64,000 bases of DNA from an uncultured Candidatus Saccharibacteria bacterium. GTDB taxonomy: Bacteria > Patescibacteriota > Minisyncoccia > Phycocordibacterales > UBA9973. Numbering within the stretch: position 1 is the first letter of the stretch; each line of letters starts with the position of its first letter. Location: the NCBI GenBank assembly GCA_964532495.1, contig CAZHJZ010000002.1, forward strand, positions 1,693 to 65,692, given 5' to 3'. The notes under the pieces were generated by a model, which searched no databases, was not told the origin of the DNA, and saw nothing but the letters and a program-made list of their open reading frames with translations. Made by a program: the position numbers and the translations under genes. This document shows, piece after piece, positions 37,460 through 47,011 of this stretch.

Positions 37460-38113
37460 TTACTTTTTCAATTGGAATATGTTTACTCGTGCTGGACGCA
37501 AAATCTTGTCTTTCGCCTTATATCCTTTCTGAATAACTTTTGCGATCGTGTGATCTTTTGTAGTTTCTTCCGTTTCAATATTTTCAATCGGCTCATGCAG
37601 GTTGTGATCAAATGCATCGCCTTCTTTTGCTGGAATTTCATCGATACCGTTGTCATTCAATACTTTAATCAGCTGCTGATGGATATATTCAACGCCCATG
37701 CGCCAGTTCTTTTCTACTTTCTCCCAAGCTTCCTTGTTTGCGAAAGCCATATCATATGCGTCCAATACAGGAAGTAAGTCCTCTGTCATTTTCTCTCGAA
37801 CATAACCGCCCATTTGGGAAATGCGGTCTGACTCGCCTTTTTTGAAATTCTGAAAATCTGCACGCTCTCGCTGAAGCTGAGTGAGGTAATCCATTTTTTC
37901 TGCGCGAGCTTCCTTGAGATCTTTGCGGAGTTTCTTGAGGGTGGCCTTGAGATCTTCTTCTCCGTCGGCATTGAATACGAATTCAACGACATCATCGGTA
38001 TCTTCTTCGGGAATTTCAGCTTGTATTGGGTCTTTTGGGTCTAGTTCATCATTCATGCTACTCATTATACTCATACAGAAAATAAGTTCAATTCTCTCGT
38101 AAAAAGCCCTCAC
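37460..38113 (-). CDS. grpE: nucleotide exchange factor GrpE
   Basis: 217 aa (start uncertain); acidic N-terminus, long helix, C-terminal GrpE beta domain. Confidence 0.8.
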   Translation of the reverse strand: MRAFYERIELIFCMSIMSSMNDELDPKDPIQAEIPEEDTDDVVEFVFNADGEEDLKATLKKLRKDLKEARAEKMDYLTQLQRERADFQNFKKGESDRISQMGGYVREKMTEDLLPVLDAYDMAFANKEAWEKVEKNWRMGVEYIHQQLIKVLNDNGIDEIPAKEGDAFDHNLHEPIENIETEETTKDHTIAKVIQKGYKAKDKILRPARVNIFQLKK

Positions 38114-38137
38114 TCATTGGGGACTTTTTATTTTTGT
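38101..38137. terminator. terminator-like hairpin with flanking A/U tracts
   Basis: AAAAAGCCCUCACUCAUUGGGGACUUUUUAUUUUUG. Confidence 0.45.
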
Positions 38138-38159
38138 TTGAAGAAAACTTGATAAATAC

Positions 38160-39398
38160 TTAAGCAGATTTACCTGCAACATATCCGGTAGTCCAGCACA
38201 ACTGAAGTGAGAATCCTCCAGACGGTCGGTTGATATGAAGAAGGTCTCCTGTTACATACAGATTGCTGAGCACTTTTGATTGCATAGTTTTGGTATCTAT
38301 TTCATCAAGTGTCACTCCTCCGTCGGCTACGACTGCGCGATCAAATCCCATGAGGTTTGTTACTGTAACAGGGAGCGCTTTGAGCAAGTGCACGATCATT
38401 TTGCGATGTTCTTTTGATACGCTGTGCACTTTTGTTTCAAAATTTATTTCTTGCAGCAATGTCATGATGGCATACGATGTTCCCTCCGGAGTAATTTCTT
38501 TAAATATTGACTTCAGCATTTTGTTTTTGTTTGCATCGAATACTTTGAGAATTTGCTTTTCAAGCGTTCCATGATCAGTATCAGGATACGCATCAATTTC
38601 AGCTCGAACCCAGCCAGACTGGAGCAATTCAGAGACTTGCGTAGAGCTATTTAAGATAAGAGGCCCGGAAAGGCCGAAGTGCGTGAAGAGCACTTTCCCT
38701 TTTTTGGAAAACTGGCGCTTGTCCTCGAGAAAGAAGCTGATCTTCATGAATGAAAGAGAAACGCCGGCGAGAGATTTTATCCATTCTTCATGCACCGCAA
38801 TAGGCACAATTGTAGGAGTCGGAGATTTTACAGTATGACCAAGATCAGTAAGCCATTTAAATCCGTCACCGGTTGAACCGGTTTCTGGATGGGATTGTCC
38901 GCCAGTCGCGAGGATATATGATCGGGCTTGATACTCTTGCTTTCCGGCCATTATTCCAGTGATCTTGCCATCTTCATGAAAGATTCTAGTAACTGTTGCA
39001 TTCGTCTCTACTGTAACGCCGGCTTTCTGAATGGCCTTTTTCATGACGTTGCATACATCTGTCGCCTTTTCTGTTTTAGGAAATGCGCGATTGCGAGCTT
39101 GCACTACAAGCGGCAATCCTCGGGATTCAAAGAAAGTGAAGGTATCTTTTGCGGAAAATTGTGAAAAAGGAGAATGGAGATACGGCTCAGACTTGCCGTA
39201 AATCTTGAGGAATTGCCTAACATTGAACTCTGCGTTGGTAATGTTGCAACGTCCGCCACCGGTGATATTGAGCTTTTCGCCGAGATGCTTGTTCTTTTCA
39301 AGTATGAGAACTTTTTTGCCATTTTCGGCCGCAGTAAGAGCCGCCATCATTCCTGAAGCGCCGCCGCCTACCACTATTACATCCCATACTATATTCAT
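38160..39398 (-). CDS. HI0933/YhiN-family FAD-dependent flavoprotein
   Basis: 412 aa; VIVVGGGASGMMAA Rossmann motif; HI0933-like architecture. Confidence 0.75.
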   Translation of the reverse strand: MNIVWDVIVVGGGASGMMAALTAAENGKKVLILEKNKHLGEKLNITGGGRCNITNAEFNVRQFLKIYGKSEPYLHSPFSQFSAKDTFTFFESRGLPLVVQARNRAFPKTEKATDVCNVMKKAIQKAGVTVETNATVTRIFHEDGKITGIMAGKQEYQARSYILATGGQSHPETGSTGDGFKWLTDLGHTVKSPTPTIVPIAVHEEWIKSLAGVSLSFMKISFFLEDKRQFSKKGKVLFTHFGLSGPLILNSSTQVSELLQSGWVRAEIDAYPDTDHGTLEKQILKVFDANKNKMLKSIFKEITPEGTSYAIMTLLQEINFETKVHSVSKEHRKMIVHLLKALPVTVTNLMGFDRAVVADGGVTLDEIDTKTMQSKVLSNLYVTGDLLHINRPSGGFSLQLCWTTGYVAGKSA

Positions 39399-39430
39399 AG
39401 GGATACTCTACCTTATTTCTGCATATTATC

Positions 39431-39465
39431 AAAAAATCCCAAGCCGTAGCTTGAGATTTTTTTTA
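39431..39465. terminator. bidirectional rho-independent terminator
   Basis: AAAAAAUCCCAAGC-cgua-GCUUGAGAUUUUUUUU. Confidence 0.65.
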
Positions 39466-39473
39466 AGACAAAG

Positions 39474-39635
39474 TTAGTTTTTCTTCATTGTTCCAGTGTC
39501 GCCCGTAAGGTCGAGATGGATACCAGGAGCTTCTTTTTGTGCGACCGGCTTTTTGGTAAAGTACCAAACGCCGAATCCGACAATGAGCACCAAGATAACA
39601 ACGAGAAGTATTGTATTTGTATTATTTGACTGCAT
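39474..39635 (-). CDS. small membrane protein (53 aa; not in ORF track)
   Basis: Manual translation MQSNNTNTILLVVILVLIVGFGVWYFTKKP...; single TM. Confidence 0.3.
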   Translation of the reverse strand: MQSNNTNTILLVVILVLIVGFGVWYFTKKPVAQKEAPGIHLDLTGDTGTMKKN

Positions 39636-39650
39636 GGTGTGAGCGAACTA

Positions 39651-39788
39651 TTATCCGCGAATTATTCTAACAAGGAAAAGGACGATAGCTACAACGAGCA
39701 AGATATGGATGAATGAGCTGACAACATATCCTCCGATAAATCCGAGCGCCCAAAGCAACAAAAGTACGATTGCAATTATTTCAAGCAT
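39651..39788 (-). CDS. lmo0937-family small membrane protein (45 aa; not in ORF track)
   Basis: MLEIIAIVLLLLWALGFIGGYVVSSFIHILLVVAIVLFLVRIIRG matches the lmo0937/DUF5670 pattern. Confidence 0.45.
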   Translation of the reverse strand: MLEIIAIVLLLLWALGFIGGYVVSSFIHILLVVAIVLFLVRIIRG

Positions 39789-39883
39789 GATTAGTAATCT
39801 CTAGTTATTGATAATAACGGCCACCTATCCATACTACTCTTCATTCAGATAATGGCAAGGTGTTTTTACCCTTTACCTGCGAA

Positions 39884-39911
39884 ACAAAAAAACACCCGAA
39901 GGTGTTTTTTT
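39884..39911 (-). terminator. rho-independent terminator downstream of rpsI
   Basis: AAAAAAACACC-cgaa-GGUGUUUUUUU. Confidence 0.8.
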
Positions 39912-39921
39912 GTGAGAGTGC

Positions 39922-40320
39922 TTAACGCTTGGACCACTGTGGTGCCTTGCGAGCCTTCTTGAGTCCGAATTTTCGGCGTTCCTTAGCGCGAGGATCGCGT
40001 TTGAGGTAGCCTTCTTTCTTGACTATTGTTCGGAATGTTTCGTCGAGTTCAACGAGTGCGCGAGCGAGTCCGTGACGAACTGCTTCAGCTTGTGAGTGGA
40101 TTCCTCCGCCCATAACCTTGACCGTTACTTCGAAATCTTTTTCAGGCTTAGCGACTGTAAAAGCGTCGTAGATGATCTTGATCAATTCGCGTGTTGGAAA
40201 GTATTCCTTTGCATCCTTGTCGTTAACGACAATGGTGTTCTTTGCTGCAGGAGTGATTCGTACGCGTGCTGTTGATGTCTTGCGGCGTCCTGTTGTTTCG
40301 ATGTATTTTTTCTTTTCCAT
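39922..40320 (-). CDS. rpsI: 30S ribosomal protein S9
   Basis: 132 aa, C-terminal ...RKAPQWSKR. Confidence 0.9.
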   Translation of the reverse strand: MEKKKYIETTGRRKTSTARVRITPAAKNTIVVNDKDAKEYFPTRELIKIIYDAFTVAKPEKDFEVTVKVMGGGIHSQAEAVRHGLARALVELDETFRTIVKKEGYLKRDPRAKERRKFGLKKARKAPQWSKR

Positions 40321-40321
40321 A

Positions 40322-40666
40322 CTATTCAGAAACAGTTAAATTCTTCATAATGATCGGTCGGAGCTTGTTAGCTGGAAGCATGCCGTAGACTGCAAGCTTG
40401 AACAATTCAGCGTATCCCTTGCGGGCAGCTACGTTGCTCATCTTTTCCTTGGTCAAACCTCCTGGGTATCCTGAGTAGCGAGCATAGGTCTTGGTATCGA
40501 GCTTTGTCTTGCTGATCTTTGCCTGTCCGACATTGATCAAATTGACTTTGCTGCCGGTAACAAGGTGGCGTTCAAATGTTGCCTTGTCCTTTCCCATCAA
40601 GAGTTTTGCTACAGCGCTTGCTGTTCGGCCTAATGTCTTCCCTTTTGCATCAATTGTGTGTGTCAT
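40322..40666 (-). CDS. rplM: 50S ribosomal protein L13
   Basis: 114 aa, L13 family, precedes rpsI. Confidence 0.85.
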   Translation of the reverse strand: MTHTIDAKGKTLGRTASAVAKLLMGKDKATFERHLVTGSKVNLINVGQAKISKTKLDTKTYARYSGYPGGLTKEKMSNVAARKGYAELFKLAVYGMLPANKLRPIIMKNLTVSE

Positions 40667-40683
40667 ATAGATAATTTGTATAA

Positions 40684-41037
40684 TTATACAAAAGCGATTA
40701 TTGCCATTGGGGCGCCGTCCGACTTGCGGGCTGGTAGTTTCATAACGCGAGTGTAACCTCCAGTTCGAGCGCTATAGCGAGGAGCGATCTTGTCGATCAA
40801 AATCTTCACTGCTGCGTCATTGTTCTGAAGTTTTGCGTTCAAAAGACGTCGTTCGCTTGCTCCGCCAACCTTGGCCTGAGTGAGCATCTTTTCGATGTAA
40901 GGGCGCAATTCCTTTGCCTTTGCTTCTGTAGTCTGGATGCTTTCTTTTTTGATAAGAGAAAGAGCGAGACCCTTCAAAAGCGCGCGGCGCTGGTTCTTGT
41001 TTCTTCCAAATTTTCGTACGTTGTTGTGGTGTCTCAT
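40684..41037 (-). CDS. rplQ: 50S ribosomal protein L17
   Basis: 117 aa, MRHHNNVRKFGRN... L17 signature. Confidence 0.9.
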   Translation of the reverse strand: MRHHNNVRKFGRNKNQRRALLKGLALSLIKKESIQTTEAKAKELRPYIEKMLTQAKVGGASERRLLNAKLQNNDAAVKILIDKIAPRYSARTGGYTRVMKLPARKSDGAPMAIIAFV

Positions 41038-41057
41038 AATAATGCTTTAAAAACTGA

Positions 41058-42038
41058 TTACTTAAGCGCCAATCCGTATTGGTCAAGTGTTCGCTTAATT
41101 TCTTCTATACCCTTTTCCCCCAAACCGTCGATCTCGAGGAGATCTTCTTCCTTTTTGCGAGCAATACCCCCAAGTGTTCGGATATTTGCTGCATTAAGTG
41201 CGTTTAAGGTTCGAGTGGAAAGGTTCAAAGTGTCGATGCGAGTCTTCATGACGTCTGTAACGTCTTCTTTGTCTTTTGAAGAGTCATCCTTGTTTGCTGA
41301 TTCGCTCATTGCTGTAGGTGTCGATACATCTGACTGAACGAGGTCTATCTTGAAGTCAAATATTGCCTGGAGCTGAAGGATCATGATTTCGATTGAGCGT
41401 TCGAGAGCCTGTCGTGCAGTGAGTGTTCCGTCTGTCTCGATGATAATGCGCAATCGGTTATAGTTTGTCTTGTCTCCGTATCGCATGTTCTCTACTTCGT
41501 AGGCAACGCGTCGGATTGGGCTGAAGATAGCATCTACGGCGATCGTGCCGATGTCTACCTTGCCTTTCTGGTGCATGTCTCGTGGAACGAATCCAAGGCC
41601 TTTTTCAATAGTGATTTCGATATTGAGCTTTGAGCTTTTATCGGTGAGCTCACAGATGTACTGCTCTGGGTTCAAGACTTCAACTTGTCCTGTTGCTGAG
41701 ATGTCAGCAGCAGTGACTTCCTTGACGCCTTTTGCTGAGAGAGTGACAACCTGAGGTTCGTCAGTCAAAAGCTTGAAGCGCAATTTCTTGAGGTTCAAAA
41801 GAATAAGAACGACATCTTCTTTGATGCCTTCTACTGTTGAAAATTCGTGTGATACGCCGTCGATTTTGACAGACGTAATAGCCGCACCTGGAAGTGACGA
41901 CAAAATGATTCGGCGGAGGCTGTTGCCGAGGGTATGACCGTAACCCGGATAGAGGTTGTCTATCTCGTATGTTCCCTTGCGCTCATCTTCAGAGACGATG
42001 CGAGGTTTTGACGGTAAAATGATGTTATAGTCTGACAT
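41058..42038 (-). CDS. rpoA: DNA-directed RNA polymerase alpha subunit
   Basis: 326 aa; N-terminal dimerisation domain and C-terminal alphaCTD (LNLSTRTLNAL). Confidence 0.9.
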   Translation of the reverse strand: MSDYNIILPSKPRIVSEDERKGTYEIDNLYPGYGHTLGNSLRRIILSSLPGAAITSVKIDGVSHEFSTVEGIKEDVVLILLNLKKLRFKLLTDEPQVVTLSAKGVKEVTAADISATGQVEVLNPEQYICELTDKSSKLNIEITIEKGLGFVPRDMHQKGKVDIGTIAVDAIFSPIRRVAYEVENMRYGDKTNYNRLRIIIETDGTLTARQALERSIEIMILQLQAIFDFKIDLVQSDVSTPTAMSESANKDDSSKDKEDVTDVMKTRIDTLNLSTRTLNALNAANIRTLGGIARKKEEDLLEIDGLGEKGIEEIKRTLDQYGLALK

Positions 42039-42083
42039 ATATATGTTTTGCTTTGGCGCCGGTAGCTAATCGGCGCAATTAAA

Positions 42084-42686
42084 TTAACGACTATAGAATT
42101 CAAGCACTGATCCAATATTGAGGAATCCTTCGGTGTTTTTTGGTTTTCCAACCACTTTACCTTCGATGCTGTCTTCGGTAAGAGTAACCCAGTCAGGCTG
42201 CTTGTAAGTCTTTAGGCGGTCATTCAAGTTTTTGAAAAGTTCTGTGTTCTTGCTTCCTGCTCGTGGAGTGACGACATCGCCAACCTTGATTCGGTATGAA
42301 GGAACAGTTGTTCGAGTGCCGTTAACAGTAAAGTGACCATGAGAGATCATCTGTCGAGCGAATCGGCGTGTGTGAGCGAGTCCAAGTCGGTATACAACGT
42401 TGTCCAAGCGGCTTTCGAGGATTTCGAAAAGGTGGTCCTGAATTGATCCTTTCATTGATCCAGCTTCTTTCACATAGTTTGAAAGCTGGCGTTCAGTAAT
42501 ACCGTAGCTGAAGCGAATCTTCTGCTTTTCGATAAGCTGCTGTCCGAATTCAGAAAGAGCCTTTGGACGCTTTGTAGACGTCTTTGTCTTTCGCTGAACT
42601 GACTGAAGGAACTTAGGAGTCTGGCATTTTTCAAATACACCAGCACCAAGTCTTCGTCCAATTTTATACTTTGCTTTTTTTTCCAT
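42084..42686 (-). CDS. rpsD: 30S ribosomal protein S4
   Basis: 200 aa. Confidence 0.9.
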   Translation of the reverse strand: MEKKAKYKIGRRLGAGVFEKCQTPKFLQSVQRKTKTSTKRPKALSEFGQQLIEKQKIRFSYGITERQLSNYVKEAGSMKGSIQDHLFEILESRLDNVVYRLGLAHTRRFARQMISHGHFTVNGTRTTVPSYRIKVGDVVTPRAGSKNTELFKNLNDRLKTYKQPDWVTLTEDSIEGKVVGKPKNTEGFLNIGSVLEFYSR

Positions 42687-42691
42687 ATGAT

Positions 42692-43120
42692 TTAAACGCG
42701 ACGTGGCTTCTTAGGCTTAGGACCATTGTGTGGGATTGGAGTTTCATCTTTGATACCAGTAAGTTCAATACCGTGAGTCATGAATGTTCGGACAACTGGT
42801 TCGCGGCCTGAACCGACGCCTCGGATGATAACATCTGCTTCCTTGACTCCAAGTGCAGCTGCCTTCTCACCGATAACATCGCCAACTTTTGAAGCTGCGA
42901 AAGGAGTACCCTTTTTCGCACCTTTAAAGCCGAGAGCACCTGCTGAGGCCCAGAAGAGGGTCGCACCATCTTTGTCTGAGAAGACTACTTTGGTGTTGTT
43001 GAAAGTTGCTTCAATGTGAAGCGTTCCTGCAACGACCTTTTTCTTTGGCGCACGTGAACCTGAGGCTCGTGCTCCGCCGCTTTCGGTACCCTTTTGAGTT
43101 GTGATTCTTTTCTTTCCCAT
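42692..43120 (-). CDS. rpsK: 30S ribosomal protein S11
   Basis: 142 aa. Confidence 0.9.
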   Translation of the reverse strand: MGKKRITTQKGTESGGARASGSRAPKKKVVAGTLHIEATFNNTKVVFSDKDGATLFWASAGALGFKGAKKGTPFAASKVGDVIGEKAAALGVKEADVIIRGVGSGREPVVRTFMTHGIELTGIKDETPIPHNGPKPKKPRRV

Positions 43121-43147
43121 GATAATTGAAACGTTGGTATTAAATGA

Positions 43148-43528
43148 TTATGTCTTAGATTCCTTTCGGCGACCTGATGCCATTGTCTTTCTCACATTGC
43201 CTCGAACCGTGCGTGAGTTAGTCTTTGTTCGCTGGCCTCGTACCGGGAGCTTTCGCATGTGGCGAATTCCGCGATATGCCTTGATGTCTTTCAAACGCTT
43301 GATGTTTGCTGAAATTTCGCGTTTGAGGTTTCCTTCGATCTTGAATTCTTCAATGATCTTACGGATTGCGTTCTCTTCGTCCACTGAAAGGCTGTCTGCC
43401 TTGCGGTTTTCGTCGATGCCGACTTCTTTCAAAACCTTGCGTGATCGGGAAATACCGACACCGTAGAGGGCTGTAAGAGCTACGTAGAGCTTCTTTTCGT
43501 TTGGAATTGTTATACCGAGGATTCTCAT
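43148..43528 (-). CDS. rpsM: 30S ribosomal protein S13
   Basis: 126 aa, MRILGITIP... Confidence 0.9.
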   Translation of the reverse strand: MRILGITIPNEKKLYVALTALYGVGISRSRKVLKEVGIDENRKADSLSVDEENAIRKIIEEFKIEGNLKREISANIKRLKDIKAYRGIRHMRKLPVRGQRTKTNSRTVRGNVRKTMASGRRKESKT

Positions 43529-43531
43529 AGA

Positions 43532-43642
43532 TTATTGTTTCTGCTTATGTTTAGGGTTATCACAAATAACACGGAGGTGTCGCTTTCGCAAAACCAACTT
43601 GCATTTATCACACATTTTTCGAACTCGGGATCGTACTTTCAT
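43532..43642 (-). CDS. rpmJ: 50S ribosomal protein L36 (36 aa; below ORF-track size cut-off)
   Basis: Manual translation [36 protein letters not shown] with CxxC...C zinc ribbon pattern of L36. Confidence 0.8.
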   Translation of the reverse strand: MKVRSRVRKMCDKCKLVLRKRHLRVICDNPKHKQKQ

Positions 43643-43785
43643 ATTTTTACAAAAAGATAGAAAACCAAGGGAATTACCCTTAATTTTCCTACTCAGATTC
43701 GTTATTTATCTAACTGAAATCAATATACACTACTTCTAATTATATTGCAAGCCCTCACACGATATGCTAGCTGTGAATTAAGGTT

Positions 43786-45390
43786 TTAAACTGAAGCTCT
43801 CTTAAAAACTTCTTGTATAGTCGAAAGTCCGCCCACAATATCGTCTATTTTTGACTTGATCTTTTCAACTAAACGATCTTCAACGAACTGGCCGTAGGTA
43901 AGTTTAGATTGGTCTTTACTATACTGAAACTCAACATGTCTATTAATAAAATATGTATCTAATTCAGGTAATAATTCAAGATCAGTCTTAATCAGTTGCT
44001 GTAATGCTTCAAAAAGCTTCATTATTTTGGGGTCGCGAAGCAATCCATACAATGCCATATTTTCCATAGCTCTTTCTTTTTCTTTATGCAAAAAACTTCC
44101 AAGAGTCTCTGGTAAATCAATATATTCAAACTCTTTGAAAACGCTTTGGTACTTATACCATGCCTTAAATACCTGATCTAGAGACTGTAGAGATTGGGCG
44201 ACTTCAAATTGCCGCGCTACATTATGTAGCCTGTCAGTCAGAACAAAAATTCTATCGAACTTTTCTTTGTCTGTTTCTAGGGATTTTGAAAGGGGCTCAC
44301 CCACCGGAAAACCAATTTTTTTCCAATCCTCGGCACTACTCGAATGATAGGAAAATTCTTCATTCATTTTTTCTTTGTCTATTAATCGTTTGATTTCATT
44401 CAAAACAAAAGTATGTTGATCTTCAAAAAGGGTTTTATCTACCCCTGCATCTACCCACTTTTCTATGTTAGCTTCATAATGTCTTGGGTCACCCCACGAA
44501 AGGGCTATCGCAAGAGCCCCATCAATAAGGAATTTTTGTATCTCAGAACTTGAGAGCACTTTCCCGTCAAAAAAACTCTTTTCGATACCTATTTCACTGA
44601 ATTTTTCGGTAAATTGTTTGTATTCATCAGGCCCCTTTTTGACTTTATCAAATGCAGCAGCGATAAGGCTACTAAGGAATTCAGGGCTAGACAGCACCTC
44701 ATTCTTGCTGCCTGGAACGACCTTTTCCCAGTCAGCAAGGAACTTACCTAATTTTACATCTTTTGAAGTAAACTCTATCCTTTTTATTGCCTCATCAAGA
44801 ATTATTTTTTTAAATTCTGGGTCTTTCTCAATACTTTCTCTGTTAAAACCACTTGAAACCCAGTTACCCATTTCGTAATCGTAGAATATAGCTGCACTCC
44901 GGGCTTCTGTAAGGCATCTGTGCCTTGCAAGAGCTTGAACTTCAGGCATGTTAATCACCATTTCTACTTCTTTAAAGCCCTCCATTTTAAGTTTGCTAAC
45001 AAAAAGATAGAAAGACATTGTACTGAAATCAGGTTTTTGAATTAACTGACGAACCTTATTTTTAACATCCTCCATTGTTTGAGCTGATGTTTCCTTGGTT
45101 ACAGTAAATGAACCCCCAGCATCATATTTCAGTTTTTTATCAAAATCACCCAGAGTAACATTTGCTTCTGAGATCAATTCACTAACTTTTTGGTAATTAT
45201 TAATTAGAATTTTATTACCAGAGTGCTCAACTGTGTCTGGATGATACCTCAAAGACAACCTTCTAAAGGCCTTCTTTATTTCTTCAGCCGTTGCGTTTCT
45301 CGCAACACCAAGTCGCTGATAAAAATCCTTCTTTTGCCATGAATCAATATCTTCCAGTGTTTGTTCGTCTCCAGTCGTATGACCTTCCAT
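43786..45390 (-). CDS. J-domain (DnaJ-like, HPD motif) protein with ~450-aa uncharacterised C-terminal region
   Basis: 534 aa; DFYQRLGVARNATAEEIKKAFRRLSLRYHPD; markedly AT-richer than flanking ribosomal genes. Confidence 0.55.
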   Translation of the reverse strand: MEGHTTGDEQTLEDIDSWQKKDFYQRLGVARNATAEEIKKAFRRLSLRYHPDTVEHSGNKILINNYQKVSELISEANVTLGDFDKKLKYDAGGSFTVTKETSAQTMEDVKNKVRQLIQKPDFSTMSFYLFVSKLKMEGFKEVEMVINMPEVQALARHRCLTEARSAAIFYDYEMGNWVSSGFNRESIEKDPEFKKIILDEAIKRIEFTSKDVKLGKFLADWEKVVPGSKNEVLSSPEFLSSLIAAAFDKVKKGPDEYKQFTEKFSEIGIEKSFFDGKVLSSSEIQKFLIDGALAIALSWGDPRHYEANIEKWVDAGVDKTLFEDQHTFVLNEIKRLIDKEKMNEEFSYHSSSAEDWKKIGFPVGEPLSKSLETDKEKFDRIFVLTDRLHNVARQFEVAQSLQSLDQVFKAWYKYQSVFKEFEYIDLPETLGSFLHKEKERAMENMALYGLLRDPKIMKLFEALQQLIKTDLELLPELDTYFINRHVEFQYSKDQSKLTYGQFVEDRLVEKIKSKIDDIVGGLSTIQEVFKRASV

Positions 45391-45423
45391 AATATGATTG
45401 GATTCTAGAGGATAGAATGTGTT

Positions 45424-45633
45424 TTAATTTCTTCGAATAATACGACCCTTGCCGCCGTATGGATCCATTAAAACTTCAACTTTGTCTCCAACGAGGATCT
45501 TGATTCGGTGCAATCGCATTTTCCCTGAGAGGTATGCGAGGATTTCATTTTCTTCTATCACTACTCTAAAGAGTGTATTCGGCAATGCTTCGCTGACTAC
45601 TCCCATTTTTGTTTCTCCTTGATCTTTTGCCAT
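45424..45633 (-). CDS. infA: translation initiation factor IF-1
   Basis: Start at internal Met MAKDQGE...; 69 aa S1-like OB fold. Confidence 0.85.
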   Translation of the reverse strand: MAKDQGETKMGVVSEALPNTLFRVVIEENEILAYLSGKMRLHRIKILVGDKVEVLMDPYGGKGRIIRRN

Positions 45634-45677
45634 GTATGGGAGTATTGTAGCAATTCCGTAGTGCAGGGTCAAACTTG

Positions 45678-47006
45678 CTAGTTTGTAGCTTGTTTAACAG
45701 TGACAGTAATTTTTGCGGGATCGCTTGGCAAAACACTCATCCAGAAAGGACGCAGGACAAGTTCTGCTGATGATACTCCCGTTACACTTTCCATTTCGGA
45801 AGAAAACGCACTTCGCTTTTTGCCTGCAAGCAAGTTTTGAACTGCTTGCTGGTCGATCTTCCACACAGCGATAACATCTCCGGTCACTTTAAAGGTGACG
45901 TCTGACGGCACTAATTCTTTCGTTATGTCTGTACTTGTCGCATATACAAGCTTGTCTTCTCCCAGAATAGTTATTTGGTTTGGATCGATTCCTTCGCTGC
46001 CTGGAATAGCCTTAAGTAATTCTTGAGCGAGTTCATCTTTCTTGATCAGGATAGCGCGCTCTTTGCCGCTGTAAGTAACAGTTACTGTAGATGTCTGACT
46101 CGGATTATTTTTTGAATTTGCATCAGTATCTGGCAAGAACTGAAGACTGTCTGGAAGAATCATGTAATTTTCTGGAACTTGCTTGAGTGCATCTTCTTGC
46201 AACTGTCCGTTTACTTGAGTAGCAAGTTCTGCTGAAGCAGCTTTATATTCTGCATCTGACAACGAATACACAGTTCCAGAAGTTCCGCCTGAAAAGGCAG
46301 TCTTGCCGCGGCCATATACCGTTTTTTCCTTAGCAGTTCCTTTGAAGGCAACGATAGTAAAATCTGAAAGCGGGATATTTCCTTCTTCCCCGCCAACATC
46401 GGCAACAAGGGTAGCAGTAACTTGACCAGGAACATCCTTGCCAGCAGAAACTGTTTTCTTTGGAATGGTAACGCTGCTCTGGAGTCGGAAAACTTTTCCA
46501 GAAGGATCAGCAAATCGAGTGGTAGCCACTAAGTCTTGGCTCACAGTTTGGAAGTTGTAAATGACAACAGAACCGCTGGCTTTCATTTTGCCAGTTTCAG
46601 TATTTGTGGCAGGAATTTCCTTTGTTCTGACTTCAGGAATCGTCATAACTTCATAGTGCAAAGCCTTATCCTCAGACTGGCTAGCAGTCAGTGTAATATC
46701 TACAGTGCCAGTAAGTTGCTTTGGAGTGACGATTACAGTAGCGCCATGGAACAAGAACGAAAGCCCATACAAGCCCCCGCCAATAACAAGAAGACCGAGA
46801 ACAATAAAGCCGGCTATCTTGCCCCAGCTTAAATGCGATGGGGTATTTTCTCCAGGTCCTTTGCGTGAAGGTTCGCGATATTCTGGCTCTTCATATACTT
46901 CGCGCTCTTCGCGCAGCTCGGACGAAGGCCGAGCTGCGCTTTCTTTCTTTACCGATCCACCGAGGTGGGTCATTGGACGAATGTCTCCTAAGTATCCTTT
47001 TTTCAT
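45678..47006 (-). CDS. bitopic membrane protein, function unknown (possible PilN/PilO-like partner of the upstream actin-like ATPase)
   Basis: 442 aa; cytoplasmic acidic N-terminus, single TM (IAGFIVLGLLVIGGGLYGL), large extracytoplasmic domain. Confidence 0.35.
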   Translation of the reverse strand: MKKGYLGDIRPMTHLGGSVKKESAARPSSELREEREVYEEPEYREPSRKGPGENTPSHLSWGKIAGFIVLGLLVIGGGLYGLSFLFHGATVIVTPKQLTGTVDITLTASQSEDKALHYEVMTIPEVRTKEIPATNTETGKMKASGSVVIYNFQTVSQDLVATTRFADPSGKVFRLQSSVTIPKKTVSAGKDVPGQVTATLVADVGGEEGNIPLSDFTIVAFKGTAKEKTVYGRGKTAFSGGTSGTVYSLSDAEYKAASAELATQVNGQLQEDALKQVPENYMILPDSLQFLPDTDANSKNNPSQTSTVTVTYSGKERAILIKKDELAQELLKAIPGSEGIDPNQITILGEDKLVYATSTDITKELVPSDVTFKVTGDVIAVWKIDQQAVQNLLAGKKRSAFSSEMESVTGVSSAELVLRPFWMSVLPSDPAKITVTVKQATN

Positions 47007-47011
47007 AGTTG

